A program made the translations under genes and the position numbers. Positions 40,949 to 50,780 of a stretch of DNA of 64,000 bases are shown here, piece after piece. Origin of the DNA: Candidatus Nomurabacteria bacterium (lineage in GTDB: Bacteria; Patescibacteriota; Minisyncoccia; Phycocordibacterales; UBA9973); the NCBI GenBank assembly GCA_963832025.1, contig CAWHSF010000002.1, forward strand, positions 17,496 to 81,495, given 5' to 3'. Below the pieces are notes generated by a model that was not told the DNA's origin, made no database searches, and saw nothing but the letters and a program-made list of their open reading frames with translations. Position 1 is the first letter of the stretch. Each line of letters opens with the position of its first letter.

Positions 40949-42865
40949 TTTAATATCTCGAGTCAAAGCTTTCAAAAGAATATCTAATTCTAAAGTAGCG
41001 ACTCCGACAACCGTGTCCGCACCGCCATAATATACAAAAAGCAATCCGTCTTTTTCAACCATTCCGCAAGGAAAAACAACATTATTTACAATACCACTTT
41101 TTTCGTATGTTTCTAGTGGTTCAAATATGGGGTCAGAAGTGCGAGCTAAAACAGTTGTTGGGTCATTTAAATCAAGCAGGAGGGCTCCGACACGGTAAGT
41201 ATGAGTTTGTTTTGAAATCCCATGATAAAGAAGAAGCCATCCATATTTTGTTTTTAAAGGTGGCGCAGAAATACCAACTTTTTCGCTATCCCAGGTATTT
41301 ATTCTTGGACCGATTACTCTAATGCACTTTTTCACTATTTCTGTTTTAAAATGGAGAGACTTTAAATAATCTCCACACATTTCGTTTCCCACTCTGTGTA
41401 AAATAAAATATTTACCTTTTATTTTTTCCGGAAAAATGCAAGTATCTTTGTCGTCGAAGCCGGCCGGAGTAATCAGCACGGGGGTTTCCCATTGCCAATT
41501 TTTCAACAGAAAATTTTTTTCGCTAATAGAGGTGACAGCCACTCGTGGCGGACCGATACCATCAAAGGCAGTATAGAACATGTAAATATTTTTCCCAATT
41601 TTTGTTAGTCTGGGGTCTTCGCAACCAGAGTTTGCGCCGGCAATTTTTTTTAATTCAAAACTTTCTCGTGGAACATAAATAGGAGTTGCTTCCCTTTCAT
41701 TAATCAAAAACCCGTCTTTACTACTCGCATAGCCGATTGAAGATGTGTTGTCCTTGGAAAGCGCCCTATATAATATATATGTTACATTCTTGATCCGTAT
41801 AGCCGCAGGATTAAATGTGGCTTGTGCTTCCCAAGGATGTGTTTCATCCTTAACGATAATTGGATTCTTATTAAAACGTTTAAAATGCCATTTAAGAGCC
41901 TTTTCGGGACGCATGGTAGACATAAGATCAGTAATATTCACGTGAGCCATGCAGGTAGTCGTATCGGCTGCCCCATAATATATATAAAGTGTTTCTTTCT
42001 CTAGAATAGCTCCTGAAGGAAAAACAATATCAGAGACATGCCCTAAAAGTTCATACGGTTCTCTGGGCACTAAAATGGGGCCTCCGGTACGTCCAACTAT
42101 TTTAAGGGGGTCATTCAAATCAAGCAGGGCTGCTTCAATACCAAATATTTTATCTCCTCCCGAAAAATAATTTTGAATATATGAGTATATAAAAAACCAA
42201 CCATTCGGGGTTTTGATAGGAGTGGCTCCGACTTCAGTATGGTCCGAAGATGACCTTTTAAAATCAATCGTATATTTATCTAAGTTCGCATACCATTTTT
42301 CCCAAAATTTTTCATTCCATAATTCTTCTATTTTATTTACTTGAGCAATTGCAATCTTTGCGGGTGGCATATCCGTATTGACTGTCACAATTACAGTTAT
42401 TTTTCCATTGATGCGTTCGGGAAAAAGTGTCATTGCTTTGGCGTTAAAGGGTGTGACTAAATGACGTTCATTTACTTTGGTTAAATCTTTAGAAACCGCA
42501 ACGGCAACTTTTATACCACTGGCATCAAAAGGATAAGTGGAAAGCGCTGTGTAAAATATATAATACTGTCCTTCAAAATAAGTAATGCGCGGATCCTCAC
42601 AACCATATTTTTCCCATTCGTCTTTAGGTATGATAAAGGGTACGCACTCTTCAAAGTGTGTTTTATCTTTGCTTTTTCCTAAACCGATTATGGAAATTTG
42701 TTCGGGAACACGAAGCACATCAGCTGCTCCGATCGCGCGATATACGCCATAAAAAATTTTTCCTTTTTTTACGACGCTCATATTGTAAGTCGCAAAAGAT
42801 TCCCAATTATGGTCTCTGTATGGAACTAAAATTGGATTATGGTGGGATCTTTTTACAACGTACAT
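40925..42865 (-). CDS. Tandem-domain GH130-family glycoside phosphorylase/glycosidase
   Basis: 646 aa comprising two GH130-like halves. Each half has a NPI(L/I)V..W.....N.. start, YRA, GCEDPR(I/L)T and YYG(A/G)ADT motifs. Confidence 0.78.
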   Translation of the reverse strand: MYVVKRSHHNPILVPYRDHNWESFATYNMSVVKKGKIFYGVYRAIGAADVLRVPEQISIIGLGKSKDKTHFEECVPFIIPKDEWEKYGCEDPRITYFEGQYYIFYTALSTYPFDASGIKVAVAVSKDLTKVNERHLVTPFNAKAMTLFPERINGKITVIVTVNTDMPPAKIAIAQVNKIEELWNEKFWEKWYANLDKYTIDFKRSSSDHTEVGATPIKTPNGWFFIYSYIQNYFSGGDKIFGIEAALLDLNDPLKIVGRTGGPILVPREPYELLGHVSDIVFPSGAILEKETLYIYYGAADTTTCMAHVNITDLMSTMRPEKALKWHFKRFNKNPIIVKDETHPWEAQATFNPAAIRIKNVTYILYRALSKDNTSSIGYASSKDGFLINEREATPIYVPRESFELKKIAGANSGCEDPRLTKIGKNIYMFYTAFDGIGPPRVAVTSISEKNFLLKNWQWETPVLITPAGFDDKDTCIFPEKIKGKYFILHRVGNEMCGDYLKSLHFKTEIVKKCIRVIGPRINTWDSEKVGISAPPLKTKYGWLLLYHGISKQTHTYRVGALLLDLNDPTTVLARTSDPIFEPLETYEKSGIVNNVVFPCGMVEKDGLLFVYYGGADTVVGVATLELDILLKALTRDIKPARNAKA

Positions 42866-42871
42866 AAGTAT

Positions 42872-44068
42872 TTAAATTCTGATTTTTTGATGTTCATCTT
42901 TAGGTGAGACGGATTTTAATTGCGATACCTCGGAATGCATCAGTTCTTGTAAGAATTTCTCCAGGTTGGCGGTGGCCACACAAGACACTTTGTCTGCACC
43001 ACCATAATATACAAAAAGCTCGCCGTCTTTCACAACCGCTCCACAAGAATAAATAACGCCAGATTTATATCCTTCGTTTTCGTACCATTTTTCCGGTTCA
43101 AGAATCGGTTGCACAGAACGATATAAAACTTTGGTCGGATTTTTAAGGTCTAAAAGCATTGCACCAATTCGATATCTATCCGGATTTTTATAATCCATTG
43201 CATGATAAATAATCAGCCACCCATATTTTGTCTTTATCGGAGACGGCCCCACTCCACGAAACCAACTATCCCAATCTCTGTCTTTGTCTATCGGCCTAGT
43301 ATTATTGCTGTGTATAAATTTTTTACCATCTAATTCATCTAGACTATCAAAATAATCAATCAGGATTTTAGGAGAAAAGCTATGCATGATTGCATATTTC
43401 CCTTGTATTTTTTCCGGAAAAAGGACCCAATTTTTGTGGATTTCTCCGGGTGGAGAAATCAGAACCGGTTTTTTCCAATCCCACTTTCTGTTTATAAAAT
43501 CTTCTAGACTGATTGAAGTCAAAGCCATGCGCAGAGAACCCCAGCCGTCAAATGCGGTGTATATCATATAAACCCTATCACCTAAAAGTGTGAGTCTGGG
43601 GTCTTCACAACCACCACCCCATCCTCCGCCAGAAGAATAATTTTGTATTTTGAGCGCTAAGTCTCTTTTTACTGCTTCTCTGTCTTTACTGTAATAAGCC
43701 ATTTCTTTTAATTTTTCATCAAAATGATATCCGTCATCGCTTCTCGCATAACCCAACACGGAAATATCGCTATCACCAATCGCTCGATAAATAACATGAA
43801 TTTTGCCGTCATGATAAATAGCGCTCGGGTTAAATGCGGCTTTTGATTCCCAATAGTTTTTTGATTCTGGCTTAATAATGGGATTTTTTATTGACCTTCT
43901 TAAATCTAAGTCGGAGAGTTTTTTTCTGGCAACAGCTTTTTTTATTGATACTTTTTTTCTTTTTATATCAGGAAAGGCGTGCCGAACAATAATTTTTTTG
44001 GTTTTTTTCTTTTTAATTTCCTCTATTCTTTTTTTGGGTTTTTTAAGTACGGCCATATTTGTCTTCAT
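42872..44068 (-). CDS. GH130-family glycoside phosphorylase/glycosidase with Lys-rich N-terminal extension
   Basis: 398 aa with a GH130 core (NPIIKPE..YWESKAAFNPSAIY, GCEDPRLT, YYGGADK) preceded by KKPKKRIEEIKKKKTKK. The start is uncertain. Confidence 0.75.
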   Translation of the reverse strand: MKTNMAVLKKPKKRIEEIKKKKTKKIIVRHAFPDIKRKKVSIKKAVARKKLSDLDLRRSIKNPIIKPESKNYWESKAAFNPSAIYHDGKIHVIYRAIGDSDISVLGYARSDDGYHFDEKLKEMAYYSKDREAVKRDLALKIQNYSSGGGWGGGCEDPRLTLLGDRVYMIYTAFDGWGSLRMALTSISLEDFINRKWDWKKPVLISPPGEIHKNWVLFPEKIQGKYAIMHSFSPKILIDYFDSLDELDGKKFIHSNNTRPIDKDRDWDSWFRGVGPSPIKTKYGWLIIYHAMDYKNPDRYRIGAMLLDLKNPTKVLYRSVQPILEPEKWYENEGYKSGVIYSCGAVVKDGELFVYYGGADKVSCVATANLEKFLQELMHSEVSQLKSVSPKDEHQKIRI

Positions 44069-44384
44069 ATCTCATCTCATCACTTTCCTCAAACTCTCCT
44101 TCGTCAATTTCCAAAAAAACTAAACCTGCTGGTCCGGCAATCGCACGGTGTTTTGCATTTACGGAAATATTGTGTTCATCACCTGGAATTGTATTGTATT
44201 TTTTTTCATCAATTTCTACAATTCCACTGCCACTAATAATCCGCCAAAACTCAGAACGTTTCGTATGACTCTGTAAACTTAAAGCTTCGTTCGGATTAAC
44301 CGTAATGATTTTAACTGTAGTTTCTTCGTTGTGTGTGAATTGATCAAACTGTCCCCAAGGCCTTTTTACGACAAGTGTTTTCAT
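44043..44384 (-). CDS. Cupin-domain protein (type II phosphomannose isomerase C-terminal-like)
   Basis: 113 aa with RPWGQFDQF...KIITVNPNEALSLQSHTKRSEFWRIISG, typical of a mannose-6-phosphate isomerase-type cupin. Confidence 0.7.
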   Translation of the reverse strand: MKTLVVKRPWGQFDQFTHNEETTVKIITVNPNEALSLQSHTKRSEFWRIISGSGIVEIDEKKYNTIPGDEHNISVNAKHRAIAGPAGLVFLEIDEGEFEESDEMRYEDKYGRT

Positions 44385-44414
44385 GTTACTTTTATTATAT
44401 ACCTAAATAATTTT

Positions 44415-45173
44415 TTAACCAAGCAAAGACAGTATTTTTTGCATCAATATATCCGCAGGAAGAAATTTTGCTTTCAAAGAAACATAGAATTTCCCTTTTA
44501 CTCTTGTTTTATCAGCCGATATTGGCGTTCCGCTCGCTTCCAGAAGTTCTTGGTCATTGTAATTATCTCCAATGGCCATGACATTCTCTTTTTTTAGTCT
44601 AAAAAGCTTCATGGCAGATTTTACTCCCAGAGCTTTGGTCTGAGTTTTTTTTATTAAAACATCGTATGCTTCTCCATTCCAAAGAGTACAAAGATTTTTC
44701 TCTCTTTTTACTACTTCTTCTATTTCTTTGATTTGTTTCTTGCAGTGTATGGTAATAATAAATTCTTTTGGTTCAAAGCCTTTGAAATTTTTATTTTCCA
44801 TGGCAACTTTTTTTAGTTTGGGAAATATATCTTTAAAATATTCGAAACTATTCACATGCTGATAAATACGCCCTTTATACCAAGTGGCACTACCGTTCTC
44901 ATAAGTCAAACTCACAAAAGGCAAAATTTCTCTGAACATCTCTTGCAACATATAGAGTCCTCTGCCCGAGCTTATGTTTATTAAAAAACCTAACTTATAA
45001 AGTTTTCTGATTTGCTCTATTTGTTTCGGAGCAATAACTTTCGTATTTAAAGTGGTTGTGTTTCCCACTTGTTTTATTTTGGTTCCTCTGGGCACCAGAA
45101 CTCCATCCACATCGAAAACAATCATTTTTATTTTTTTCAAATCTGTCTTTGTAAGTTCGTTTAAAGGTTTCAT
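44415..45173 (-). CDS. HAD-superfamily hydrolase (sugar-phosphate phosphatase-like)
   Basis: 252 aa with FDVDGVLV (motif I) and GDNYNDQELLEASG (motif IV). Confidence 0.7.
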   Translation of the reverse strand: MKPLNELTKTDLKKIKMIVFDVDGVLVPRGTKIKQVGNTTTLNTKVIAPKQIEQIRKLYKLGFLINISSGRGLYMLQEMFREILPFVSLTYENGSATWYKGRIYQHVNSFEYFKDIFPKLKKVAMENKNFKGFEPKEFIITIHCKKQIKEIEEVVKREKNLCTLWNGEAYDVLIKKTQTKALGVKSAMKLFRLKKENVMAIGDNYNDQELLEASGTPISADKTRVKGKFYVSLKAKFLPADILMQKILSLLG

Positions 45174-45697
45174 TTTTTTATTTTTAATTTTGCTTTTTTT
45201 ACTAAATCAGAAGAACTTTGTATTTTTCCGCCATGTCCGACATTGTATACCATTTTAATGCCAAGTTTTTTATGAATTTTCCTCTCTTTATATAAAGAAG
45301 AGTCTGGATTGCTTGCATCTTTTTCATCTCTATCACCTCCATTCGCAAAAATGTGTGGTTTTATTTTCATTAATCCAACACACACACTCATGTCTTTTGT
45401 GTCTTTTTTGTGATTGCTGATTACAACTTTATCCACCGCTTCAAATGCTTCAATAATTTCTTTTCGTTCATGCTCTGGCATGAAAACAAAACCTTTTTTC
45501 GCGCGTAACCAATGGTCATTGTTAATATAAACTACAAGTTCATCACCTAGTTTTTTTGCCTCATTAAACATCCTCACATGACCGATGTGAACAGGGTCAA
45601 ATCCCCCACTAACCATGATTATTTTTTTTCCTCTTTTCTTAGTCTTTTTTTGCATAACTAAAATGATTATACTCCCTATCCTTTTAAAAATAAACAA
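45170..45697 (-). CDS. Cytidylyl/adenylyltransferase-family nucleotidyltransferase (HldC/TagD-like)
   Basis: 175 aa with the GGFDPVHIGHVRMF HIGH-type nucleotidyltransferase motif. Confidence 0.7.
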   Translation of the reverse strand: MFIFKRIGSIIILVMQKKTKKRGKKIIMVSGGFDPVHIGHVRMFNEAKKLGDELVVYINNDHWLRAKKGFVFMPEHERKEIIEAFEAVDKVVISNHKKDTKDMSVCVGLMKIKPHIFANGGDRDEKDASNPDSSLYKERKIHKKLGIKMVYNVGHGGKIQSSSDLVKKAKLKIKK

Positions 45698-45727
45698 AAC
45701 CGATAGTCGTCGTTAAATTTCTTAGAA

Positions 45728-48184
45728 TCAATTATCATCGGTCACAATTTTTTTATAAAACCAGACTTTGGCGATTTCAATACTTATTAAATATACAACC
45801 GTAATTAATACTATTGAAACTATCGGCAACACTTGCAGTGCAGTAAAACCAAAAAGTTTTTTCAGTGGTAAATATACGATTGTACAAGCAACACAGACAG
45901 CTGTAACCGTACTCACTACAAGTGCCCTGCTCGGCCTGCTTTGCAGGAAAGGAATTTTTTTTGTCCTAATTATGTAAACGACAAAAGTTTGTGTAGCGAT
46001 TGATTCCAAAAACCAACCCGTTTGAAAAGAGCTTTCTCCGAAATGGAAAATAAAAAGCAAGATAAAAAATGTCAGAAAATCAAAAATAGAAGAAATTGGC
46101 CCAAAAATTACCATAAATAATTTAATAAAACGAATTTTAAACTTACGTGGTTTTATCATATATGATTCATCCACTTTATCCGTAGGAATAGCCAGTTGTG
46201 ATGAATCATACAAAAGATTGTTGAGGAGTATCTGTGGCGCAGTCATCGGCAAGAACGGCAAAAGGACAGACGCTCCGGCCATTGAAAACATATTACCGAA
46301 ATTTGAACTCAAGCTCATCATCAAGTATTTCAGTGTGTTGGCGAACGTTCTACGTCCCTCAGAAACTCCTTCAATTAAATTCTGTAAACTCTTTTTCAAC
46401 AAAATCAAGTCGGCAGCATCTTTTGCCACATCCACCGCATTGTTTACCGAAATACCAACATCGGCAGCTTTCAACGAAGGAGCATCATTGATTCCGTCAC
46501 CCAAAAAACCAACTACGTGATGAAGTGATTTTAAGACATTAATGATTCTTTCCTTTTGTTCCGGAGAAACTCTGGCAAAAATAGTTGTATTTTCGGCTTT
46601 AATCGCAAGTTCTTGATCTGATAGACTGGCAATATCCGCTCCCATCAAAACACCTTTGACCGGCAGAGAAATTTCACGAGTTATTTTTTCGGTTACCAGC
46701 TCATTGTCGCCAGTTAAAATTTTAATTTCAATACCGTGTTTTTCTAAAATCCGGAGAGTCTTGGTGACACTTTCTTTTGGCGGATCTAGAAAAGCGATAA
46801 AACCCAAAAAGGTCATTTCTTTTTCGTCGTCTTTTGAATAGGTTGTTTTGTTATTGGAAATGGTTTTCTGCGCTACACCCAGAACACGAAAGCCATCTTG
46901 GCTCAAAGTTTCATATTCTTTTAAAATAGCATTGCGAAAATCTGGCGTAATCGAAGCCTTCTCTTTGCCATAAAATGGACATATCTCAATCACTTGCTCC
47001 GGCGCGCCTTTGGCTATTAAAATATGTGTGCCATTTTTTTCTACCACGATAGAGTCTCTTCTACGCACAAAATCAAAAGGTATTTCATCTATTTTTTTAT
47101 AAGCATTGATATCTATCGATTTAAAATCTTTAATGGCAGAATCTAGAGGACTTTTAAAACTACCGGAAAGAATACTGTTTACGTAGGCAGCCACGAGAAC
47201 ATCATTTGAGTCTTCCCCTTCGGCGTTTACATATTTTACAAGTTTGATTTTATCTTCAGTTAGAGTTCCGGTTTTGTCGGTGCAAAGAATATCCATGTTG
47301 CCGAAATTTTGTATGGCGGAAAGTTTTTTAACTATCACTCCATGACGCGCCATCGCGAGCGACCCTTTAGAAAGATTGATGGCTATAATCATCGGCAAAA
47401 GTTCTGGCGTTAAGCCAACAGCCAAAGCAATAGAAAAAAGAAAAGATTCGAAAAGATCATGTTTAAGTATCGTATTTATAAAAAATACAAAAAGGACGAG
47501 AACAAATGTGAGCTTCATTATGAGAGAACTGAACTCTTTGATTCCGCGGTCAAACTCGGTCGGTTCTTCGTGTTTGATTAATGTTTCCGCAATGTGACTA
47601 AATTTTGTATTTTTCCCCGTGGCTTTTACCACCAAAAAAGCCCTACCTGTGTTCACACTGCTACCCATATACACAAAAGCTCCATCTTCTTTTTCCACGG
47701 GAAATGATTCTCCGGTGAGCTGAGATTCGTTCACAAATAGATCTTTGGCTTCTTCCACTTGCCCATCAGCTGGAATTATATCTCCTGGATTTAATACAAC
47801 CACATCATCCGGCACCACGTGAGAAAGTTCTATCTCACGAGGCACCCCATCGCGCAAAACAGTCGTCGTAATCATCACTCTCTTTTTCAAGTCTTCCGCA
47901 GCTTTCTGTGATTTATAGGTATTTATAAAATCAATTGAAACACTGACCAAAACAATAAAGATGATTATGCTGGCTGTTACTGGGTCACCCAAAATACCGG
48001 AAATAAGAGCACTGATAATTAAGATAATCAAAAGAGGATTTTTAAATCTACTCAGAAAATCCAAAAAGGCTGAAAGTTTTTTTGCCTTCACAATTTCATT
48101 TAAACCATATTTATTTAAATAAATCTCAGCTTGACTGGTAGAAAGTCCTTGGTTGGTCACGCCATTATTATAACAAAAATACAA
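45728..48184 (-). CDS. mgtA: Magnesium-translocating P-type ATPase
   Basis: Motifs ICTDKTGTLTEDK and GDGINDAPSLKAADVGISV with MgtA-like architecture. The true start may be GTG 48160, just after a TGTTATAAT box. Confidence 0.82.
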   Translation of the reverse strand: MYFCYNNGVTNQGLSTSQAEIYLNKYGLNEIVKAKKLSAFLDFLSRFKNPLLIILIISALISGILGDPVTASIIIFIVLVSVSIDFINTYKSQKAAEDLKKRVMITTTVLRDGVPREIELSHVVPDDVVVLNPGDIIPADGQVEEAKDLFVNESQLTGESFPVEKEDGAFVYMGSSVNTGRAFLVVKATGKNTKFSHIAETLIKHEEPTEFDRGIKEFSSLIMKLTFVLVLFVFFINTILKHDLFESFLFSIALAVGLTPELLPMIIAINLSKGSLAMARHGVIVKKLSAIQNFGNMDILCTDKTGTLTEDKIKLVKYVNAEGEDSNDVLVAAYVNSILSGSFKSPLDSAIKDFKSIDINAYKKIDEIPFDFVRRRDSIVVEKNGTHILIAKGAPEQVIEICPFYGKEKASITPDFRNAILKEYETLSQDGFRVLGVAQKTISNNKTTYSKDDEKEMTFLGFIAFLDPPKESVTKTLRILEKHGIEIKILTGDNELVTEKITREISLPVKGVLMGADIASLSDQELAIKAENTTIFARVSPEQKERIINVLKSLHHVVGFLGDGINDAPSLKAADVGISVNNAVDVAKDAADLILLKKSLQNLIEGVSEGRRTFANTLKYLMMSLSSNFGNMFSMAGASVLLPFLPMTAPQILLNNLLYDSSQLAIPTDKVDESYMIKPRKFKIRFIKLFMVIFGPISSIFDFLTFFILLFIFHFGESSFQTGWFLESIATQTFVVYIIRTKKIPFLQSRPSRALVVSTVTAVCVACTIVYLPLKKLFGFTALQVLPIVSIVLITVVYLISIEIAKVWFYKKIVTDDN

Positions 48185-48186
48185 AG

Positions 48187-48216
48187 AAAAATCCTTGCTT
48201 TTTGCAAGGATTTTTC
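48187..48216 (-). terminator. Rho-independent terminator after the small basic protein gene
   Basis: GAAAAATCCTTGC-ttttt-GCAAGGATTTTTC is followed by a T-rich tract on the minus strand. Confidence 0.7.
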
Positions 48217-48228
48217 AAGTCAAAAGTA

Positions 48229-48354
48229 TTATTTAAATTTTCGGCGCAAGGCTTTTTTTGCAAGCATTGCCCTCTTTATTTCCAGACGTTTTTTGGTCTT
48301 GTGAGAACGTCTTGATTTATTTTTCGGACTAAGGGTTGTGCCTCTTTTTGCCAT
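48229..48354 (-). CDS. 41-aa highly basic protein (possibly a ribosomal-protein-like small protein)
   Basis: My translation is MAKRGTTLSPKNKSRRSHKTKKRLEIKRAMLAKKALRRKFK, too short for the ORF track. It is flanked by a consensus-like promoter and a terminator. KSRRSH weakly recalls the bL32 N-terminus, but no zinc ribbon is present. Confidence 0.45.
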   Translation of the reverse strand: MAKRGTTLSPKNKSRRSHKTKKRLEIKRAMLAKKALRRKFK

Positions 48355-48362
48355 ATAGAGCT

Positions 48363-48391
48363 ATCATACTTTAAAATAATAAATAATGCAA
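48363..48391 (-). promoter_or_regulatory. Sigma70-like promoter for the small basic protein gene (near-leaderless)
   Basis: On the minus strand TTGCAT-17 nt-TATGAT is followed by the ATG 8 nt later. Confidence 0.55.
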
Positions 48392-48393
48392 CG

Positions 48394-49017
48394 CTAGACC
48401 AGAAAAGTATACATAGTTTTATAGACAGCATACATAAATATCGTAAAGATTAAAACGAACATGAGTGGAACTCCTCCTTGGGTAAAATTTATTAAAACAT
48501 AGAAAAAGTGTCTGATTAATTGAATCGGATGCACTAGTATGTCCCAACTATTGAAGCGTTCAAATCTTCCTAGATATACTCCGAAGCTTGCAATAGCACA
48601 AATAACCAAAACACTAAGTTCCGAAAGGAAATAATTTAAATGACCTTTTAAATATTGATGCATTTGAAAAAGAGAAAGCATCGCCAAAAATAGACCGATC
48701 CAGCCAAAGAAAAAGAAAAGAAGACTATCATACCACAGCGCCGGAGAACCGGCAGTTAAATGTAGAACATCAGTCACCAAGTAAGGCGCATTGGGAAAAA
48801 ATAAAAGCCAAACTAAAAATATTGGAATAAAATAATTTATGGATGTTTCTTTTTTTACAAAAAACAAAGAGATAATATAAGGTATCCAAGCCAAAAAAAG
48901 ATTCCATATTAAATATAAAAGATTAGTTGTTCCCCAAACATCCAACCGAGCCAGGTTGAAAATAATAGCAAAAACAGAAAGGATAATAAGGGGTTTGGTT
49001 GTATTTTTTCTTTCCAT
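48394..49017 (-). CDS. DUF1361-like integral membrane protein
   Basis: 207 aa with multiple TM helices and an IWNLFLAWIPY motif. Confidence 0.6.
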   Translation of the reverse strand: MERKNTTKPLIILSVFAIIFNLARLDVWGTTNLLYLIWNLFLAWIPYIISLFFVKKETSINYFIPIFLVWLLFFPNAPYLVTDVLHLTAGSPALWYDSLLFFFFGWIGLFLAMLSLFQMHQYLKGHLNYFLSELSVLVICAIASFGVYLGRFERFNSWDILVHPIQLIRHFFYVLINFTQGGVPLMFVLIFTIFMYAVYKTMYTFLV

Positions 49018-49020
49018 AAA

Positions 49021-49599
49021 TTAAACCACTTTTCTGAATTTATTGTAAACAAAATACCCAACTGGGATTAAGATAATTACTCCTATCACATAATATTGCA
49101 AATATGTTGGCCCGAAATGTAACGCCGCGCGACCAAAATAGAAACCAATCGATATTAAAATATATGACCGAATAAAGTTTAAAGAGAGCATGTATTCCAG
49201 AAATTTTTTCCATGACATGCGTGACGCACCACTAGCCACCATAAAGAGAGCACCTAATCCATAAGATATTTTTGCTATAATCATCGTTCTCCAAGGTGAT
49301 ACAGTAAACTGATTTTCCAATCTTTGCAATCGCTCTTCTGATATGTGCACAAATTTAAGAAATTTAATTATATATCTACCTCCCTGGCCTATAAAATAAA
49401 AAAGCAGATCGGAGGCTACGTCTCCCAAAAAAACCACCATTAAGGCTGGAAATAAATCTAAAACGCCACGTGACACCAAGAATCCGGAAACAATACTAAT
49501 GATTGGCCCTTCCAAAAACGCAACCGGAAAAATTGCCTGATATTTATATTTTATAAAAAACCTGATAATTTGTCGTAAGGTCACAAATATAATAGGCAT
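49021..49599 (-). CDS. DedA/SNARE-associated family membrane protein
   Basis: 192 aa with VFLGDVASDLLFYFIGQGG and DedA-like topology. Confidence 0.7.
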   Translation of the reverse strand: MPIIFVTLRQIIRFFIKYKYQAIFPVAFLEGPIISIVSGFLVSRGVLDLFPALMVVFLGDVASDLLFYFIGQGGRYIIKFLKFVHISEERLQRLENQFTVSPWRTMIIAKISYGLGALFMVASGASRMSWKKFLEYMLSLNFIRSYILISIGFYFGRAALHFGPTYLQYYVIGVIILIPVGYFVYNKFRKVV

Positions 49600-49745
49600 G
49601 CGGCGGATAAAAAAGATGCCTAGCCTTTATAATAACATTTGCTTTTGTAAATTGGAAACTAATAATATATAGACGTCGCTTTTTTGTAATAAATAGGTTA
49701 CAATACACGTCTTATTAATAGTAATAAATAATATAAAATAAAAAT

Positions 49746-50273
49746 ATGAGTACATGGAAAATTGACACAGCCCATTCGGAAATTGGTTTTAAAGTAAGAC
49801 ATCTTATGGTTACTACTGTGCGCGGTACATTCAATAAGTTTGAGGGAAGTGTAGAAACGGTAGATGATGATTTAACCAAAGCAAAAATTAATTTTAGCGC
49901 AGACGTAAATAGCATCAACACAAACAATGATATGAGAGACGGCCACTTGAAATCGCCAGATTTTTTTGATGCTACCAAGTTCCCCACTCTTTCATTTAAA
50001 TCTAGTAGTATTAGCAAGAAAGCAGATAACGATTTCTTAGTTACTGGAGACCTCGCAATGCACGGGGTCACAAAACCAGTTACTTTTGACGCTGTTTTTA
50101 ATGGCCAAAGTATTAACATGCATAAAAATAAAGTTATGGGTTTTGAGATATCAGGAGCATTGTCTCGCAAAGATTTTGGGTTGACTTGGAATGCACCTGT
50201 TGAAACCGGCGGTGTAACTGTATCAGACGAAGTGAAAATGGATATGAGCGTAGAATGCGAGGAAATAAAATAA
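49746..50273 (+). CDS. YceI-family polyisoprenoid-binding protein
   Basis: 175 aa with WKIDTAHSEIGFKVRHLMVTTVRGTF, the canonical YceI N-terminus. Confidence 0.85.
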   Translation: MSTWKIDTAHSEIGFKVRHLMVTTVRGTFNKFEGSVETVDDDLTKAKINFSADVNSINTNNDMRDGHLKSPDFFDATKFPTLSFKSSSISKKADNDFLVTGDLAMHGVTKPVTFDAVFNGQSINMHKNKVMGFEISGALSRKDFGLTWNAPVETGGVTVSDEVKMDMSVECEEIK

Positions 50274-50405
50274 TGGAATTTGAGGGGATGATTCTTACGC
50301 CAAATTAGCTAAGGTGCGCAGATATTATGATACGGTAGTAGAAACCTTAAAATAGGAGTACAATTACAGAAAGGTCAATCTATTATTAATTAAAATAATT
50401 TGCAT

Positions 50406-50780
50406 ATGTACATATCTATTGTTTTGGCTCAGATGTTAGGGATTAGTTTTGCTCTTTTGGGTTTATCAATGTTGTTCAATCAAAAATGGACAAATGTGGT
50501 CGTGGAAGAAATAACAAAAAACCAAGCGGTCATTTGGTTCGCAGGATTAATCACTTTGCTGCTCGGTTCAACAATCGTTGTTTTAAACAATGATTGGACT
50601 TCTGGGTTGCCACTATTAGTCACTGTTTTAGGTTGGTTAATCTTAATCAAAGGAGCAGTTATCGTACTCTTTCCCGATTTTACGATTTCCTATTATAGAA
50701 AAATGAATAAAGGAAATATTTTTATGTGGGGTGGATTGATTGTTTTCGTTTTAAGTTTAGTTTTGCTTTTCTATAGATAA
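50406..50780 (+). CDS. Hypothetical four-TM membrane protein
   Basis: About 124 aa and hydrophobic throughout. ATG 50406 lies just inside the TTG-initiated track ORF. Confidence 0.5.
   Translation: MYISIVLAQMLGISFALLGLSMLFNQKWTNVVVEEITKNQAVIWFAGLITLLLGSTIVVLNNDWTSGLPLLVTVLGWLILIKGAVIVLFPDFTISYYRKMNKGNIFMWGGLIVFVLSLVLLFYR

Noticed and set aside
50283-50301. Possible extra degenerate copy of the R repeat 3' end (TTGAGGGGATGATTCTTAC versus CTGGGAGGATGTTCGAAT) after yceI.
   Set aside because: Only about two thirds of positions match and the 5' conserved end is absent. This cannot be told apart from chance without a statistical model.
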